A stretch of DNA of 64,000 bases from a virus (lineage: Duplodnaviria > Caudoviricetes): the IMG/VR virus record IMGVR_UViG_3300025715_000017, positions 1-64,000 of that record. One strand, written 5' to 3'. The notes under the pieces are model-generated. The model made no database searches. It was given only the letters and a program-made list of their open reading frames with translations, and had not been told where the DNA came from. Position numbers and translations under genes: made by a program. Every line of letters starts with the position of its first letter. The first letter of the stretch is position 1. Below are positions 40,459 to 50,050 of this stretch, one piece after another.

Positions 40459-42457
40459 ATATGCCACAAAAGATGATCTACCTAATATAAGACCACCCGC
40501 AATGGCTTATGTACGCGATGAAGCTGCGTATTATTGGCTATTTAATGAAGGCTGGCGTAGAACTGAGAATAGTTTCCTTGTGGCCGAGAGTACAACTATA
40601 CCCGATGCTTGTCGTACAGCTTTACTCGCATCTAAAGAAGCAACAATCCTTGAGTATGCTGATGGTACAATTACATTGGATAAAGACTATTTGGAGATAA
40701 TTAATTGCAAATTTTGGATCAATAGTCTTGAAGTCACTATAGTTAGTGGGCAAGGTGCTACTTATCAAGTCAATCGAGATTTAACAGATATTACTTTGCC
40801 TATTGACATAACTATTAAGCGCAATACTGATTTATCTTTTGAAAAAATAGTTGACTACCATTATGGTTGGCGAAACATGCCAATTATTGAAACGACGATG
40901 GAAGCAGGGAAGGTTATCTTAGCCAACTCACAAATTTATTGTGTACAAGATCAAATTGAACCTGATGTAGAATTATTTGGCCACGCCGTTGAGAAGATAG
41001 CAGTACCTGCTATGGTACAGGGTGAAACTGGTATACATATACAAGATCGACAGTATCGTAAAGATTTTTTCACATGGCATGATGAACCAATAGGCTTCGT
41101 AGTAGTCAAGAAAGATGCACATAAAGGTGATACATCTTTGAAAGTCTATACGACGCCGGAAAGTGTTGGCACGAAAGTTAATCAAAACTGCAAACAAGTC
41201 ACTTATACTGAGCCAAGTGCTACTTTCAGTGCTTGTGTGAATGGGCCAGAGCGATCTAATAAGCCTTGGAAATATACTAATGAAATGTGGCTTACTGGCC
41301 CTTGGCCCTATGTCGATATTGAATTACACACTGCTGAAAAAACAGGATCAGGTGATTGGCCTGAAGGTCTAAATCATACATTGACTTTCGTTGACCCTAT
41401 ACCTATGCCATTGACACACGGTACTTGTGCTTATTACCGCACGAATGAATGGTGGCTACCACCAGTAGTGCCAAGTTTTGGATGGGTTGTTCTTGGTGAC
41501 TATGCTGGTACAATTGGTAAGAAATCTATAGATGTACGCATATACACTCAAGCAGGTGCTGAACATACCATGTTTACGCATGAACGTGGTGCAACGAAAA
41601 TTGATCTTTTCAAACCGTGGACTATGTTACCTTCATCGCAGCGTCGTCATTCCAATCTCAGGGGCATTGCACCGGGGGATCAAGTAATCTTTGAAAATGA
41701 CAGTTTCAGGGCTAGTTCTTTACCCTATGGCAATGTACCCATTGAAGATTGGGATTTACGCCCATTCAGTAAACAAATATATACAGTGACGGAAGTTTCT
41801 GAAACGGAGACACAAAATCCCAATTGGATCAAAATCAGCCCAGGTTTGCAACGTGCGTTATATGATGCAATGACAGATTTACAAAATCCAATGGCTTTAG
41901 GTAATTTATGCTACTGGATACCTGCGGCGTCTACTTGGCGTAATTACCAAACTGAAAGTTGGAAACTACGATGCTTTGGCTGGACTGATGGGCATGGTAA
42001 GACTGGTGTACCTATTTATGTGAAAAATGTAGTTGGTAAAACATTAAATCTATTAGCACCATTACCGGGTGATATTCCTGCTGGGACGAAAATGTATATG
42101 TGGTCAGCAGTAGATAATGAGACAATGACTTATGCTTATCATGATCCATTTTCTTATGCTTACAATATTTTTCTTGATAAGCGCATAGATGATTTACAAG
42201 CAGATGCAGCAGAGTATAATAGCCAATTAGATCGTGAATATAATCATTACACGAATCTTCTGGGAAAGGCTATGGAAGCTGGTAAACGTTTATGGTTTAC
42301 TCCACCTTTTTATGAGAATATGAATCTCAATGACTATGCTGGCATTGATTTTCAAAAAACTTTCGAGGATATCGCAGCACGGCGTATTAATATAGAACGC
42401 CCAAGAAGCAGTGACATAGAGTATATATCGCTCTTAAACTACAGGAATGTATTATAA
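40451..42457 (+). CDS. Hypothetical tail-region protein (668 aa) with small beta-barrel modules
   Basis: Segments such as 'IAPGDQVIFEND...IYTVTEV...IKISPGLQRA' and 'IYVKNVVGKTLNLLAPLPGDIPAGTKMY'. Confidence 0.55.
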   Translation: MYEYATKDDLPNIRPPAMAYVRDEAAYYWLFNEGWRRTENSFLVAESTTIPDACRTALLASKEATILEYADGTITLDKDYLEIINCKFWINSLEVTIVSGQGATYQVNRDLTDITLPIDITIKRNTDLSFEKIVDYHYGWRNMPIIETTMEAGKVILANSQIYCVQDQIEPDVELFGHAVEKIAVPAMVQGETGIHIQDRQYRKDFFTWHDEPIGFVVVKKDAHKGDTSLKVYTTPESVGTKVNQNCKQVTYTEPSATFSACVNGPERSNKPWKYTNEMWLTGPWPYVDIELHTAEKTGSGDWPEGLNHTLTFVDPIPMPLTHGTCAYYRTNEWWLPPVVPSFGWVVLGDYAGTIGKKSIDVRIYTQAGAEHTMFTHERGATKIDLFKPWTMLPSSQRRHSNLRGIAPGDQVIFENDSFRASSLPYGNVPIEDWDLRPFSKQIYTVTEVSETETQNPNWIKISPGLQRALYDAMTDLQNPMALGNLCYWIPAASTWRNYQTESWKLRCFGWTDGHGKTGVPIYVKNVVGKTLNLLAPLPGDIPAGTKMYMWSAVDNETMTYAYHDPFSYAYNIFLDKRIDDLQADAAEYNSQLDREYNHYTNLLGKAMEAGKRLWFTPPFYENMNLNDYAGIDFQKTFEDIAARRINIERPRSSDIEYISLLNYRNVL

Positions 42458-42900
42458 TGGAACCTTGGAATTGGGAAACACCGAATTGCCATTTCGAGTT
42501 AAGTGCCAATAATGGCAATGTGACAAGGATCTTGCAAATAACACGTGTAAGATATGATGCTAATACATCTAAGGCTTCCAATCGTCTAATAACTAACGGA
42601 AGTGCTTTTCACTTACCGCATAGGCACTCACAAACTTTCATGTTCGTTGAACGGATATTAGGAACCCCTAATTATTTGAAATTTCGTGATTATATGCATG
42701 ACATGCGCTCGAAAGTTGTGCAATTGAATATGTTAAGAGAGACTTGGAAGCACAAAGATGGTAACATTGTAAAAAAATATAAGCAAGTTGGTGGAATTGC
42801 AAAAGTCACATACAGTGAAGCACATGATTATAGATGGGATGCAAGTGTTACTTATCAAATAACTAAGGATGCACGGGAAAAGGATGTGGCATCTACATAA
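42457..42900 (+). CDS. Putative distal-tail (Dit)-like protein
   Basis: 147 aa with a beta-sandwich pattern like siphophage Dit N-domains; precedes the hub-like gene. Confidence 0.35.
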   Translation: MEPWNWETPNCHFELSANNGNVTRILQITRVRYDANTSKASNRLITNGSAFHLPHRHSQTFMFVERILGTPNYLKFRDYMHDMRSKVVQLNMLRETWKHKDGNIVKKYKQVGGIAKVTYSEAHDYRWDASVTYQITKDAREKDVAST

Positions 42901-42909
42901 GGATATGGT

Positions 42910-45672
42910 ATGCTGAAATTTTGGTTAGTTGATGATATCGCAACATGGGAAGAGCCTGAAAATACCGATAGGTATGATTGGAATGAAGAATGCCTTCTCA
43001 TGAAAATGCCGGATTATATCGGGCAAATAGTACCTTTGCGCGAAGCGCAGGTAAAAGAGTCAATAAACGGGTCACCATATATTTTTTGTAATGTGCAATC
43101 CATCTATACTGATTATTCTTTGGAATTTCTGCTGAATGAGAAAGAAAGATTGGCTCTTGATAAATTCATTTATGCGGTTGGTGAGCATACGAAAACACAT
43201 GGCGGTGTAACTTACCCATTTCCTTATTTCTATTATTCTGGTTTGGAGAATACTTTCGATTATGATCCCAGTCAATACACTAAAGATATAAGATCAGGGC
43301 CAGATAGCAATTTCTATATGACTATACTGTCACAAGATATTGAAGCGGTAGAATATGATTCTAATGTTGATGATTTTCAAACGGATGAAATAATCTCACA
43401 TAAGTACCGTGTCAACCTTTTAGTACGGGTTATGCAGCGTCTAAAAAAGGGAACCAAAGATGATATTTACATAGTCAAACTTATTTGGGAAAATTATTCC
43501 ATTCTATTGGGGTATGACACCTTAACCAATGTAAACATATATGGGTGGCTTTCAAATCTCACTGGTTTTTCTTCTACAAGTGCCGTGAATGGTTTTGGCT
43601 CGGTTGCTAATCTCACTGTTACCTTGGCAGCTTATCAGCAATATAATGAATTACCTGCTGAGCATCCCATGAAAAAGATACATCAGCATATCGACAATTT
43701 ACGAGATGCTACTGTAGAGATCATTTGGAATGGCACTGTCGTTTTCAAAGGCAGACCCTATACACCATTTACATGGGATAGTGCAACTTATGAATTAAGT
43801 TTCGATTGCATGATGAATGTGAAAAATAAGCAAATGGGTTTTCAACCTGATTTTGATTCCAATGAGCCGTTGTTAAAATCAGATCAAAATTGGCCTCATA
43901 CCTTTGGTAATGTGCTATTTCCAGTAGAGCCACTGTGTGCTACACCAGAGACTGCACTTACGCGGACACTGTATATTACACAAAGTTTCGCGGATCATGA
44001 TAATAATATTTATAAGAGTGGAGAGACATTTCAATTATCTATTGATCCCACTCGCAGATTACCTGAAGGTACACACACATTCTTATTGCAAATGGGTAAT
44101 ACAGATTATTTGAGATTTCAAGGTATGGCTGGGGAAATGTCTTTAGTTATTACAAATTTCAATGTCCCGTGGGCAGTTGACATTCCTCTTGTACCCTTAG
44201 AACAGTATGGTACTGGGTATATTGATGATGAGGAATATCAACCTAATACTTTCATAATCAATTCGGAGAATCCACCATATCTTGTTGGTAAACATATAAT
44301 TGGCGAGGCAGAGCGCTTGAATTGGGAAATAGGGGATCAAGGTGCTTTTTCTGAGCGGCTTAGTAAAATTGAATTTTGGGCTACAGTTGTTGGGCAAGAT
44401 GGGCCAGTGTTATATGTTAATAATATTCGTGAAGCAGAATACTCAAGAGAAATAAGGCTATCGGGTTGGAAAGCCAAGAGTATTTTATATGTCATGGAGA
44501 ATCGTATATTCCAACCTAATTCTTGGGAAATAGTGCCGCTGCCTGCTGTTCGCCAAGCAAAAGAGGATAATGATGCCACGGACAGTCGTTTGACTTCGCT
44601 AGAGCGTGCAGTATATGGCATTAATACGGAAATGCTGCAATGGTCATATGTCAATCAAGATACATTGGCTTGGACTTTAGCTGAACAGTCAAGAGTTATT
44701 TGCGTATCTTGGATATATGACAAAATATATCCAATCAGTTTGGATCTTGTTACTGTGGTTAATAATGCCTATCAGCGTATTGGTAATCGTATATATGCAT
44801 TACCTGTTGATTCCATCTATGGGTTTGATGGTACTAATTTCATTCTTTTGGAACATTCTTTTGGGACTTATGATGCGCCTACATGGTCGGTGACTTTTGA
44901 TCTTGAAGATATCCGCCCATATCTTCCTGAAGAATGTACTTTCATGCTGTTATACGATCACCTTGAGGGTGTAATGGCTGATACATCTAATACTCTGAAT
45001 AATGATTGGGAAGTATTCAATTTCCTAGTTAAAAAATACACTGACATAGAAGTACGTGATTATGCCTATGCTGATGTGCATACATTGATGGCCTCGAATT
45101 TTTATACACGAGAAGTCACAAACGTAAAAACATGGTTAAGTGAAGTCATGCAAGAACGTGGTTATAAGATCATAGTCAATACCAATCGTACTGCGGAAAT
45201 TGTGCCACTATTCAGTGACGCTTGGGCTGCTTTAGATTTGGCCCCTATTTACACTTTCAATGAAAATAATATTGAGGCTAATAGTATCTCTTTCAAAAGT
45301 ACGGGGTTAGAAGATGTCATCAATGAATTCACCATAGAGATACCTTGGTGGCAGGCCAAATTCATAATCAAGGGAGATCAAACTTATAATGAGCAAAGTG
45401 ATAGCCATACCATGAAAACTTGGTGGCAATATGAAGTGTGGAAGTACTGGATTGATTGGCACTCTAAAGTATGGCGGGAAGTTACTTTCAGGACATTTCT
45501 AACTAAAGATTTATTAAAAGCGAGATCGAAAAAGCGTGAAGGTTTACCTTCGCCTTTGGAAACTATCGAAATAGACACATCTATTTTTGCTGGTAAAGGT
45601 ATCATCAAATCCATTAATGTGGATGGGTTTATTGCTACCATAACAATAATTTCAGAAACGGAGGTAATATGA
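42910..45672 (+). CDS. Putative tail hub/central tail protein (920 aa)
   Basis: Dit-like N-terminus ('KESINGSPYIF...YSLEF.LN.KE..AL.KFI'), 'VFKGRPYTPFTWD..TYELSFD', 'WPHTFG.V' and a C-terminal 'YTFNENNIEANSISFKSTGLEDVINEF'. Confidence 0.5.
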   Translation: MLKFWLVDDIATWEEPENTDRYDWNEECLLMKMPDYIGQIVPLREAQVKESINGSPYIFCNVQSIYTDYSLEFLLNEKERLALDKFIYAVGEHTKTHGGVTYPFPYFYYSGLENTFDYDPSQYTKDIRSGPDSNFYMTILSQDIEAVEYDSNVDDFQTDEIISHKYRVNLLVRVMQRLKKGTKDDIYIVKLIWENYSILLGYDTLTNVNIYGWLSNLTGFSSTSAVNGFGSVANLTVTLAAYQQYNELPAEHPMKKIHQHIDNLRDATVEIIWNGTVVFKGRPYTPFTWDSATYELSFDCMMNVKNKQMGFQPDFDSNEPLLKSDQNWPHTFGNVLFPVEPLCATPETALTRTLYITQSFADHDNNIYKSGETFQLSIDPTRRLPEGTHTFLLQMGNTDYLRFQGMAGEMSLVITNFNVPWAVDIPLVPLEQYGTGYIDDEEYQPNTFIINSENPPYLVGKHIIGEAERLNWEIGDQGAFSERLSKIEFWATVVGQDGPVLYVNNIREAEYSREIRLSGWKAKSILYVMENRIFQPNSWEIVPLPAVRQAKEDNDATDSRLTSLERAVYGINTEMLQWSYVNQDTLAWTLAEQSRVICVSWIYDKIYPISLDLVTVVNNAYQRIGNRIYALPVDSIYGFDGTNFILLEHSFGTYDAPTWSVTFDLEDIRPYLPEECTFMLLYDHLEGVMADTSNTLNNDWEVFNFLVKKYTDIEVRDYAYADVHTLMASNFYTREVTNVKTWLSEVMQERGYKIIVNTNRTAEIVPLFSDAWAALDLAPIYTFNENNIEANSISFKSTGLEDVINEFTIEIPWWQAKFIIKGDQTYNEQSDSHTMKTWWQYEVWKYWIDWHSKVWREVTFRTFLTKDLLKARSKKREGLPSPLETIEIDTSIFAGKGIIKSINVDGFIATITIISETEVI

Positions 45673-45995
45673 GTGATCTGATTTTCGTGGTACTACTCGG
45701 CGTGATTGCTGGGGTCGCACAAATGGATTGGTTAAAGAAATGGAAGTACGCTTGGGCATTAGATATTGTGCGTCTGGCCGTGGCATGGACTTACAATGAG
45801 GTTGTAAGACCGCAAAAGCAAGAAAATGGCGGTAAACTATCTAATGAGCAAGCAAAGAAAGCTCGTGAAGAAGCAATAACGAAAACCCTAGCCATTGCAA
45901 AAGAAAACGGCCTTGATATCAATAAGATTCTTGGTGCAGATCTTCTTGAGCTCTATGTTGAAATGGCCGTGTCTAAGGCAAAGAAAGGTCAGTGA
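45669..45995 (+). CDS. Membrane protein, holin-like
   Basis: N-terminal TM helix (LIFVVLLGVIAGVA) followed by 'GKLSNEQAKKAREEAI', resembling LL-H-type holins. Confidence 0.4.
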   Translation: MSDLIFVVLLGVIAGVAQMDWLKKWKYAWALDIVRLAVAWTYNEVVRPQKQENGGKLSNEQAKKAREEAITKTLAIAKENGLDINKILGADLLELYVEMAVSKAKKGQ

Positions 45996-46699
45996 TGAGA
46001 ATTAGCATATTGATATGTACACCTGATAGCACAAGTATGCGTTTTAGGCGGTGCTATAACTCTTTATTGACGACAACGAAAGGCCATTCTTATGATCTAC
46101 GGATATTTGATAACCGTGGGGATAAAGATTTTTCGCATATTGCAGAGATCAATAAAGCATTAGACATCGCTGATGGGCCAATGGTTACTATTGATGATGA
46201 TGTAGTGCTTGAAGGTAATTGGTTAGATGCTTTGCTTAATCAGGTTACACCTACTGTTGGTATCGTTTCCTGTACATCCACAAATGAACGCGGACAGATA
46301 AGATCAAAGGGTGCTACATTCACGAAACATGGAGTTGCAAAACTGCTTAGACGTGAAATTAATGAGCCTATTTTTGTGCCTTGCACGGGATCATGTTGCT
46401 CATTGATTAATACCCCTGCTTTGGGTGGATTACGCTACAGCCATGAGTATAAGAAATATTGTTTTGACCCTGATTTGTCTTTCAGATTATGGGAAAGAAG
46501 TATTTCAACTATAGTTGTCCCTGAAAAAGTATGGCACGATTCTGGCGGCACGATGCGTGATCTTGGTATAGATCGTCGTCCTTTTGCACAGGCAGATGAG
46601 GCAACTTTCAAAAAGAAATGGATAGACACAGGCCGTTTGCAAGAACTTTATGATAGGCATAGTCTCTTGTGGCCTGAAGAATTACGGAGTATTCTATGA
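45995..46699 (+). CDS. GT-A (family 2-like) glycosyltransferase, paralog 1
   Basis: 'RISILICT', DDD motif (IDDDVV), 'VGIVS', 'TGSCCSLI', 'FDPDLSFRLW' and 'VWHDSGGT'. Confidence 0.8.
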   Translation: MRISILICTPDSTSMRFRRCYNSLLTTTKGHSYDLRIFDNRGDKDFSHIAEINKALDIADGPMVTIDDDVVLEGNWLDALLNQVTPTVGIVSCTSTNERGQIRSKGATFTKHGVAKLLRREINEPIFVPCTGSCCSLINTPALGGLRYSHEYKKYCFDPDLSFRLWERSISTIVVPEKVWHDSGGTMRDLGIDRRPFAQADEATFKKKWIDTGRLQELYDRHSLLWPEELRSIL

Positions 46700-47346
46700 G
46701 AGCTAGCGTATTAATTTGTACACCAGATAGCAGCACCGAGAGATTTAAGCGATGTTATGATGCAGTTATTGCTACAACCAAAGGCATTTCTTTTGATCTT
46801 CGTATTGTAGATAATAGGTACACGAAAACTTTCAGTCAACAAGACGAGATCAACAAAATGAAAAAGATTGCCGATGGCCCCGTCATAAATATGGACGATG
46901 ATGTAATAGTTCAAGGCAATTGGTTTAATGGCTTATTGGATCGTGTTACACCTGAAGTGGGTTTGATTTGTTGTAACATGACTAATAAATCTGATATACC
47001 AGTACCAGTAACAGCACCTGCCACCGGACTTTGTTGCACCTTACTTAATATACCTGTATGGCCAAATCAAATTGTCGTGGATACGGGTTACAAGAAATAT
47101 TTCTTTGACCCAGATTTATGCTTACAATTATGGGCTGCGGGCTTGCAAGTCAAGGTAATTCCCGAAAAAATACACCATGAAAATGGTGGTGCTATGAAAG
47201 AATTAGGCTTAGACCGTGAAGGGCCACATGAGCATGACCGCTTGCGATTTAAGAAACGTTGGATTGATAGTGGAAAATACGCGGAACTTAGTGAAAGGTA
47301 TAAGGGTATATGGGACTTTGAGTTACGAAAGGCTATATACAGTTAG
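46696..47346 (+). CDS. GT-A (family 2-like) glycosyltransferase, paralog 2
   Basis: Same motifs (MDDDVI, FDPDLCLQLW, IHHENGGA); a clear tandem duplicate of the previous gene. Confidence 0.8.
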   Translation: MRASVLICTPDSSTERFKRCYDAVIATTKGISFDLRIVDNRYTKTFSQQDEINKMKKIADGPVINMDDDVIVQGNWFNGLLDRVTPEVGLICCNMTNKSDIPVPVTAPATGLCCTLLNIPVWPNQIVVDTGYKKYFFDPDLCLQLWAAGLQVKVIPEKIHHENGGAMKELGLDREGPHEHDRLRFKKRWIDSGKYAELSERYKGIWDFELRKAIYS

Positions 47347-47355
47347 GAAGTAACT

Positions 47356-48930
47356 ATGGATAGAATGATTGTTATAGCAGCAACTGATGAAGTTAAGGAG
47401 ATTCTTGATCTTACTTTACCAAAAATTCAGGCGTTTGCGGATAATTGTGGTGCTTATTTGAAAATGCTTACAGGTTTACCTGCTAAGTATCAACATGGCA
47501 AGTATCGCATATTTGAAGTCGGAGAATTAGAAGCCAAACGTATACTTATCATGGATCTAGATCTGCTGCCAAGAGACGGTGCGCCAAATATCTTCGAGGT
47601 ATACCCTACTGGTAATTGGATGTTCAATGAAGGACGTTATCGTGGGCATGGTTTTGTGAGCCACCGTAAAGAGATGGACAAGTATGTGCGAACTGCTGGT
47701 TTACCACAATGTGTCTGGCCTTCGCGGGATTGGTGGAACCCTGGAATCTCATTATTAGATCGAGAAGCAGCAAAAGCAATTTTTCAAATGCCACCTTGGG
47801 ATGTCACAACTAAATTACATAATGTATCTAATGGCATGGCAGTTAAGAACATGCCTTGGGTAAATTATCGCATAGCTCTTACAGGAACAAAAATCAATAG
47901 CATAGATGCACGCTGGAATACTTTCCCTTCCATGCCTTTAGATGCTCAAAAGAAAGCATATATTTGGCATTGCTTTTGCAATGAAATTCAAGTAGACAGA
48001 ACAAAAAGTAAAATTAGAGTTATCAAGCAGATGTGCAAGCGACATGGAGAATCTTTAATCCCTAAACCCAAAGTGAATATAAGCACAAGAAAATATAAAT
48101 ACCGTTTACACTGCGTTAGTGGCAAGCAAACAAGGAAATGGATACTTGGGCGTATGCAAGATGAGATCATTAAATATGCCCCAAGTGATGTTGAAGTTAC
48201 TCAAAGTGGCAACCCTGTTGATGAACCAAGAACAATAAACTGGTACAACCCTTATCGTATTTATGGAAGCAAGAGTCAATACGCTTTGGATGTGGTTTTT
48301 TGCACACATCCCGAAGTATTACCAACTTGGAATAAAGCAATTGCAGAAGCAGATCACATCATTTGCATGTGCAAACAATATACACCCGATAAATCAAATG
48401 TCTCTTTAATTTACCCAGGAATAGATCCAGAGTATTATAATACGAAATTACGTATTTTCAACCCGGTTATGATGAGCCATTCACGAAAAGGCTTAGCTGA
48501 CTGGCAACTTCTTAGCAAATTAGACTGGTTGGATTGTCATTGTAGTAATGGACAATTAACCAAAGAACAATTGCTTGCTTATTATCTTGCAGCAGATGTA
48601 GTATTATCAACTGCCACAATGGAAGGTGGGCCAATGTTAATACTTGAAGCGGCGGCTCTTGGCAAATTATGCTATGCAAGAAAGGGAGTAGGCTTTGTTG
48701 ATGATTTCGTATTTCCTAATCTTCATACTTATTCAAATGTCATTGATCTCATAAACATTTTGCAACAGATATACTATAATAAAGAAAAAGTTGGAAATTG
48801 GGAATACACATGGAAGCAATGGGCAGAAAAACATTGGCAAATTTTCAATAATCTTGAAAAACAAATGAAGGACTTTCCGAATTTTAAAGAGAAAACCCGG
48901 ATCATTCCGGTGAAAAGAAGGAAACGATGA
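47356..48930 (+). CDS. Bifunctional glycosyltransferase: GT8-like N-domain fused to GT-B (GT4-like) C-domain
   Basis: N-half has 'ILIMDLDLL', 'WNPGISLL' and 'IDARWN..IWHC'. C-half has 'LIYPGID', 'RKG' and 'YLAADVVLSTATMEGGPMLILEAAALG'. Confidence 0.75.
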   Translation: MDRMIVIAATDEVKEILDLTLPKIQAFADNCGAYLKMLTGLPAKYQHGKYRIFEVGELEAKRILIMDLDLLPRDGAPNIFEVYPTGNWMFNEGRYRGHGFVSHRKEMDKYVRTAGLPQCVWPSRDWWNPGISLLDREAAKAIFQMPPWDVTTKLHNVSNGMAVKNMPWVNYRIALTGTKINSIDARWNTFPSMPLDAQKKAYIWHCFCNEIQVDRTKSKIRVIKQMCKRHGESLIPKPKVNISTRKYKYRLHCVSGKQTRKWILGRMQDEIIKYAPSDVEVTQSGNPVDEPRTINWYNPYRIYGSKSQYALDVVFCTHPEVLPTWNKAIAEADHIICMCKQYTPDKSNVSLIYPGIDPEYYNTKLRIFNPVMMSHSRKGLADWQLLSKLDWLDCHCSNGQLTKEQLLAYYLAADVVLSTATMEGGPMLILEAAALGKLCYARKGVGFVDDFVFPNLHTYSNVIDLINILQQIYYNKEKVGNWEYTWKQWAEKHWQIFNNLEKQMKDFPNFKEKTRIIPVKRRKR

Positions 48931-49235
48931 ATATGCGTTACATGATCTCACTGGTAGTTGTTGCATCATTGTTATCTGGATGTGCGCCGCTTCTCAATGG
49001 GCAAACAATGACTGGCAAATCAAAACTTGAAGTTGCCATTGAGAATGCTAAAACGGTGCTGGAAGCCTGTAGTTTGGCTCTTGAGCTTTATCAAGATTTA
49101 GGCAAACCAGAAGACGCTGAAAAGATTATATCTCTTCAGCGTCGGATTCTGATTGTTCAAAACTATCTTGATAGACTGCTGGACGAGGGTATTTCAGCGG
49201 CAGATCCACCCCCGTGGGAAGATGAAGACTGGTGA
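48927..49235 (+). CDS. Lipoprotein (spanin-like or exclusion lipoprotein)
   Basis: Signal peptide with lipobox LSGC (Cys19), followed by a two-helix body. Confidence 0.65.
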   Translation: MNMRYMISLVVVASLLSGCAPLLNGQTMTGKSKLEVAIENAKTVLEACSLALELYQDLGKPEDAEKIISLQRRILIVQNYLDRLLDEGISAADPPPWEDEDW

Positions 49236-49800
49236 TTTTCTCATAGACTTCAGCAATATAGTAAGCTTTATCAAGGAGTGTCCTGCTTCTAGGAGCAGGC
49301 ACTCCTAATTTAGTGCCTATGTGTCTAAGACTTACAGATGAAAATGGCCAATATTCATTATTTAACTCCGCTAAATCGTTCCAGTAAAGTCCAACGGGCA
49401 TGAGATCTCTATACCAATAGGAGAAGTAGTCATCATATAAGGGCACATGATCTGCGTAGCCCAGCCATTTGGCAACAAAGGGTCGATGAATTGCCCACTC
49501 ATAAGATATTGGCATGATTCTTTTATTAAAGGCCAATCCAAGTTTTCTGAACCAGTTGTCAAACAATTGGTATGACGCGGACATTCCAAACCCGTATTTT
49601 CGACAGTTGTCATATTGTTCAATGGTTAAATTACCTTTATTGATTGTACTAAATCTTATATTGAAAGGTAAAATTGAATTATCTACCACAAGATTAGTGA
49701 TTGGCACAATAGCGATTTCAGCAATTTCATGAAACTCCAAATCAGGGCCATTTGTCCGTGTAAGCACTACACATGGCTTATGACGATTGAAATGTTTCAT
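49126..49800 (-). CDS. Degenerate DEDDh exonuclease-fold protein (catalytic acidic residues absent)
   Basis: Aligns by eye with 62341-62910 (AIVP, PF, WF..L, W..YRDL, SL..I...LGV, AE.Y), but has LTRT for DFET, AIH for AFD and K for the ExoIII D. ATG 49800 is preferred. Confidence 0.6.
   Translation of the reverse strand: MKHFNRHKPCVVLTRTNGPDLEFHEIAEIAIVPITNLVVDNSILPFNIRFSTINKGNLTIEQYDNCRKYGFGMSASYQLFDNWFRKLGLAFNKRIMPISYEWAIHRPFVAKWLGYADHVPLYDDYFSYWYRDLMPVGLYWNDLAELNNEYWPFSSVSLRHIGTKLGVPAPRSRTLLDKAYYIAEVYEKITSLHLPTGVDLPLKYPRPAVYQDSFEQSESDAEEI
49274..49306 (+). terminator. Strong hairpin just past the end of the late block; possible terminator
   Basis: AGGAGTG-T-CCTGCT-[TCTAGG]-AGCAGG-CACTCCT is a 13-bp stem with one bulge, 38 nt after the lipoprotein stop. 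The U-tract is weak. Confidence 0.4.
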
Positions 49801-50050
49801 TTGCTTCCAACCAGTCAATAATTATTTGGCCGTGGCAAGGCCGTGGAGCGCAAAAACATCCCAATGTCTTACCACGCAGCTTCAAAACTTCTTCACGAAA
49901 AAGGGGATCAATTTTCACACGCATCAAAAAATACTTTTCATATCGTGCTATAAGATCGGTTCGTTTTCCTTTAGTGAAAGGATTACCGAATATACTAGGG
50001 CGACCAATATAAACATCATATATTTCTTTCCTGCAATCCACGATTTTCAT
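49778..50050 (-). CDS. DUF4326-family protein
   Basis: 'VYIGRPSIFGNPF' and 'LRGKTLGCFCAPRPCHGQII'. ATG 50050 overlaps the amidase stop. Confidence 0.8.
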   Translation of the reverse strand: MKIVDCRKEIYDVYIGRPSIFGNPFTKGKRTDLIARYEKYFLMRVKIDPLFREEVLKLRGKTLGCFCAPRPCHGQIIIDWLEANETFQSS

